NCBI RefSeq assembly: GCF_018420025.1
Contig: NZ_JAEDAM010000013.1
Span: 1 to 22,680, forward strand
Direction of reading: 5' to 3'
DNA: 22,680 nt
Origin: Candidatus Vampirococcus lugosii
Lineage (GTDB): Bacteria; Patescibacteriota; Gracilibacteria; Absconditabacterales; Absconditicoccaceae
Positions 19,525-22,680 of the stretch are shown piece after piece (the first letter of the stretch is position 1; every line of letters begins with the position of its first letter). The position numbers and the translations under genes are program-made. The notes beneath the pieces were generated by a model. It worked only from the letters and a program-made list of their open reading frames with translations. It searched no databases and was not told the origin of the DNA.

Positions 19525-20145
19525 CTATTTTACTATACTAATAAAAGGAAATGCTTGTTGTACAACATTATGAATTCATCAAAGTTTATAGTTATAATAA
19601 GTAAGATTATCAGAAAGTATTTCATATATATCAATATGGGTTTTTCAAAAATGTACTCAATAATAAAATTCTGCTTGTTTTATAAAATCAGTATCATTAA
19701 AAGGACTTTTTTTGCTTTTGAATTCTAATGACATATGTCTAGCAAGTGAGTTATTTGCAGCTCATACAAAATCTTCTCTTTCCAAAAATTGATTTATAGG
19801 TTTTTGTATCTGTAATTCTCATGAAAAAACATTATAAATAACTTCTGATAAATACAAAGAAACTGAAAATGAAGTATTATCAATAAGTCATTTTTTTTTG
19901 AAAGAATTTAGAAAATAATATTTAATATAGTCCTTGATCTGAGATGACTTTTCAGGATTTAATTCTTTTCAAACAAAAGAATTTAACAAATTTTCGCCTT
20001 CTTTTGATAGATCTTCCAATATTGCATTGATTGTATTATTTGTGTAAGAAGAATTTATAGAATCAACTTTATCACTAGTTTCAATTCAGCTAGATTCCAA
20101 TATTTTTTTATCAAAATAATCTGAAAAATTTATAATATCTGCCAT
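19525..20145 (-). CDS. Hypothetical protein (206 aa)
   Basis: Minus-strand ORF open with TGA=Gly, from ATG (20143-20145) to TAG (19525-19527). It is convergent with the HD-GYP gene with a 20-nt gap. No family recognised. Confidence 0.5.
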
Positions 20146-20290
20146 TAATAAAAAATTATTTATATAAATATATATCATATATACAAAACTATATTTATTT
20201 GTCAATAGTAAATTAGTGTTATATAAAAAATTTTATGAGTCAAAGTAAGCTATTAACTTAATTTAAGTGGAAATTTGATAAGTATAATCT

Positions 20291-20998
20291 TTACTGTAAA
20301 AGTTTTTTTAAAATATTTATAGCTATTTTTTGGTCTATAAAATAAGGTGAAGTAGATATAGTTATATATTTGATTTTATCAATTATTTTTTTTACATTAT
20401 TAATTTTTTCATCGTCATTTATCATATCTGGGTGCCAAAAATCTAAATCTATATTTAATATAGTTGATTCTTTATCAAAATTTTTTGAAACTATTTCTTT
20501 TAATTTATAATTTGTTCTTACTTGTATGTTATTTGATATAATTCACATTTTTTGGGCAGGTATGATATAATTTCAAACATTAAGAATATAATTTGTAAGA
20601 TAAAATATATTTTCAATGTTTATATTTTCAATATGTTTTCAATCTTTAAGATCACTGTGTTGGTCTATATGTATAAGATTTGCTCATTTTTTAAGTAAAT
20701 ATTTTTCTTGCATAATATACCAAAAATATAGTGCATGATTGTGATTGTCAAATATATAAATTTGTTTTCATTTTATTTTGACAAAATTTTTTAATCAATT
20801 ATAGAATATAATTTTATTATTTTCGTTTTTGCCTCGTATACTTGGATTTTCTCATATTTTAATATCTTTTATTGTTCATTCAATTAATTTTGCTACATAA
20901 ATTTTCAATTTTTCTCATTTTTTTTCTCTTTCTTCATAATGAAATGAATTGTTTCAAATATTTTTTTCTATCCAAAATCATTTTTCATAATTTCTCAT
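20291..20998 (-). CDS. UPF0489-like hypothetical protein (DxHxH...HxDxHxD metal-site-like motifs)
   Basis: The translation contains IYIFDNHNHALYFWY...(15 aa)...LIHIDQHSDLKD, then NVGNYI and LNIDLDFWHPD. This matches my recollection of the UPF0489 (C5orf22-like) domain pattern vvDdHnevL...l.H.DsHpDl. 235 aa. Confidence 0.45.
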
Positions 20999-21034
20999 AA
21001 TATATAATAATAAATTTAAATTAATATTTTTTTA

Positions 21035-21874
21035 TTATTTCAAAATATCATTAAGATTATTTTTGTTTCAAATTTTAGTTGTAAAATTTTTTTTATTGAA
21101 ATCTGATATTTCGCAAACAAAATTATTTTTTTGCATAAAATTTAATATATTTTTCTCAAAGTTTAGTAAATAAGTTTTTTTTTGATTATGATAGATATCT
21201 ATCGTAGATAGATAATTTTTGAAAACTTCCAGTATTTCCCAATCATTAATAATTATTTGTAAATCATTTCAAATATTTTTTTTTATATAAGAAAATTTAA
21301 TATTAATTCAATTTTTAATTAAAAAATCAAATATATCATTGAATAATGTTTCTTTTCATAATAGATTTCATCTCAAATATAAATTAATTTTTATTCAATT
21401 AATTGAATTATTTATTATTTCAATATCTCAATAAACCCATATTAATCAATAAATAAATGAAAAGATATTATTAATTTCTTTTTTATGTATTGCATCATAT
21501 ATATAATTTTCTATTTTTTCAAAATTTATTTTATTTTCATAAGTAACAAAATTATTTTCTAGTTTAACAAAAGTTTTTAATCAATAAGATTCTAATAAAA
21601 TATTAAAATCATCAATATCATTTTTTGGAAATTTATATAAATAAGTAATATGTTTTCATTTAAATTCATCAAAATCTTGAAATATACTTATTCAATAATG
21701 AAAAAAATTTTTATTTAAATTTTTGAATAAAAAATTTTCTCTGTTTAATATTTTTATAAATTCCATTCAATCTCATAATTGATTTTTTTCTATTATATTA
21801 AATTTATTTCTATAAAAAACTATTATTTTATTTTCACAAGTTAATAATCAATTTTTATCAAGTACAAAATACAT
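21035..21874 (-). CDS. Hypothetical protein (279 aa)
   Basis: Minus-strand ORF open with TGA=Gly. It starts 21 nt downstream of the ftsW/rodA stop. No family recognised. Confidence 0.5.
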
Positions 21875-21895
21875 AATAATATAAAAATTAAATAT

Positions 21896-22680
21896 TTAAA
21901 GATATTTTCATTCATTAATTATTTTATGTAAAATTACAATTTGTACAAAATTAATGATTAAAGCAGTTCATCAATAACTAATAAAAGGAAGAGTTATTCA
22001 AGTGATAGGTAATATATTTATATTTACTCAAATATTAATAAAAGATTGAAATATTATTAATGATATTATACCAACTCATAAATTTTTGTAATATTCATTT
22101 TTTACATTTTTTAATTGTTTCAAAAAATAGAAAGCTAATAAAAAATATAATGTCAAAAGTATAGAATTTCATAATAATCATATTTCTTCAGAAAAAGCAG
22201 CAAAAATAAAATCTGATTGAGCAATAGGAATATATCAAAATTTTTGTAATCATTTTCAATATCAAGTTCCTGTAATTCATCATCATCATATTGAGGTAAG
22301 TGCTTGTTGAGTTTGCCAACCAATTCATCTACCTGTTTCGTCAATTTCAGGATTGAAAAAATATTCAAATCTAACTCTAATATAATCAAATTGCATTCAT
22401 ACATTATATGACAAAAATAATCATAGAATCAATAGTCAAATTACATAATCAAGTCTACCTCATGCATACCAATACATCAATAGAGCAGTAGGAGCCAAAA
22501 CCATAAGTGTTCCCAAATCTGGTAATGCCAAAAATATAAAAGAAAGAAAAAATGTTAATATTAAAAATCAAATAAATCAACTAATAGTACTTAACATTTT
22601 CTTTTTTCTCACAAACCATCAAGCAAAAAATATTATAAATCATAATTTAAATACTTCAGCAGGTTGTACAGTTCATAAAA
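21896..22680 (-). CDS. ftsW: SEDS-family peptidoglycan glycosyltransferase FtsW/RodA (5' end lies beyond the window)
   Basis: The minus-strand translation reads ...LPDLGTLMVL...GRGIGWQTQQALTSIGGGGITGTGYGKGLQKFGYIPIAQSDFIFAAFSEEIGLLG...NILPITGITLPFISYGGTALI..., the canonical FtsW/RodA motifs. SYGG uses two tga (21968-21973). The track ORF 22153..22404(-) is out of frame with it. Confidence 0.88.

Noticed and set aside
19493-19526. AGTTTAA...TTAAACT inverted repeat between the convergent HD-GYP and 206-aa genes, considered as a bidirectional terminator
   Set aside because: It is only a 7-bp all-A/T-dominated stem with a ~20-nt loop, overlaps both stop codons, and is too weak to call.
22153-22404. 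Track ORF, 83 aa, minus strand, with an acidic D/E-rich stretch
   Set aside because: It is shifted by one base relative to the FtsW/RodA frame, which carries GWQ..QAL, SDFIFA and SYGG motifs across the same nucleotides.
1-22680. Reading the window as a gene-poor or pseudogene-ridden region because only two ORFs longer than 150 aa appear in the supplied track
   Set aside because: The fragmentation disappears completely when TGA is read as Gly. The fragments are collinear, in-frame pieces of well-conserved proteins.
1-22680. CRISPR arrays, rRNA genes, transposase or integrase genes
   Set aside because: On either strand I found no regularly spaced direct repeats, no rRNA-like conserved GC-rich blocks, and no DDE or tyrosine/serine recombinase motifs in code-25 translations.

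Overview
This is a very AT-rich bacterial window that only makes sense when TGA is read as glycine (translation table 25, known from Gracilibacteria/BD1-5 and Absconditabacteria/SR1). The supplied standard-code ORF track therefore breaks almost every real gene into pieces or reports spurious antisense and out-of-frame ORFs. I re-translated by eye with TGA=Gly, and the window is densely coding. Plus strand, 227-6911: glyA, a MiaB-family methylthiotransferase, obg, an FtsB/DivIC-like protein, a small VirB2/T4SS-pilin-like membrane protein, a YceD/DUF177 protein and xthA. At 7134-9168 sits a two-gene Type II restriction-modification cassette (C5 cytosine methyltransferase plus a PD-ExK endonuclease candidate). 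Next come a DedA/VTT-like membrane protein with an apparent homopolymer frameshift, a convergent PriA that consists only of the C-terminal half, and two small orphan genes. The minus strand then carries a yebC and PilT-family/KH ATPase operon. Diverging from it is a tight four-gene plus-strand cluster of orphan membrane and soluble proteins ending in an HD-GYP protein. Three minus-strand orphan genes (one UPF0489-like) and a 5'-truncated ftsW/rodA follow. The most striking observation is that the R-M cassette is the only sizeable coding block with no TGA codon at all: 39 Gly codons, all GGN, and both stops TAA. Neighbouring genes encode most of their glycines with TGA. The cassette is also bracketed by unusually GC-rich patches, a 9-nt inverted repeat and an 8-nt direct repeat between xthA and dedA. 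This points to a code-agnostic, probably horizontally acquired mobile module. No rRNA, tRNA or CRISPR array was seen. All coordinates come from manual translation, and all function calls rest on recalled family motifs rather than database searches.
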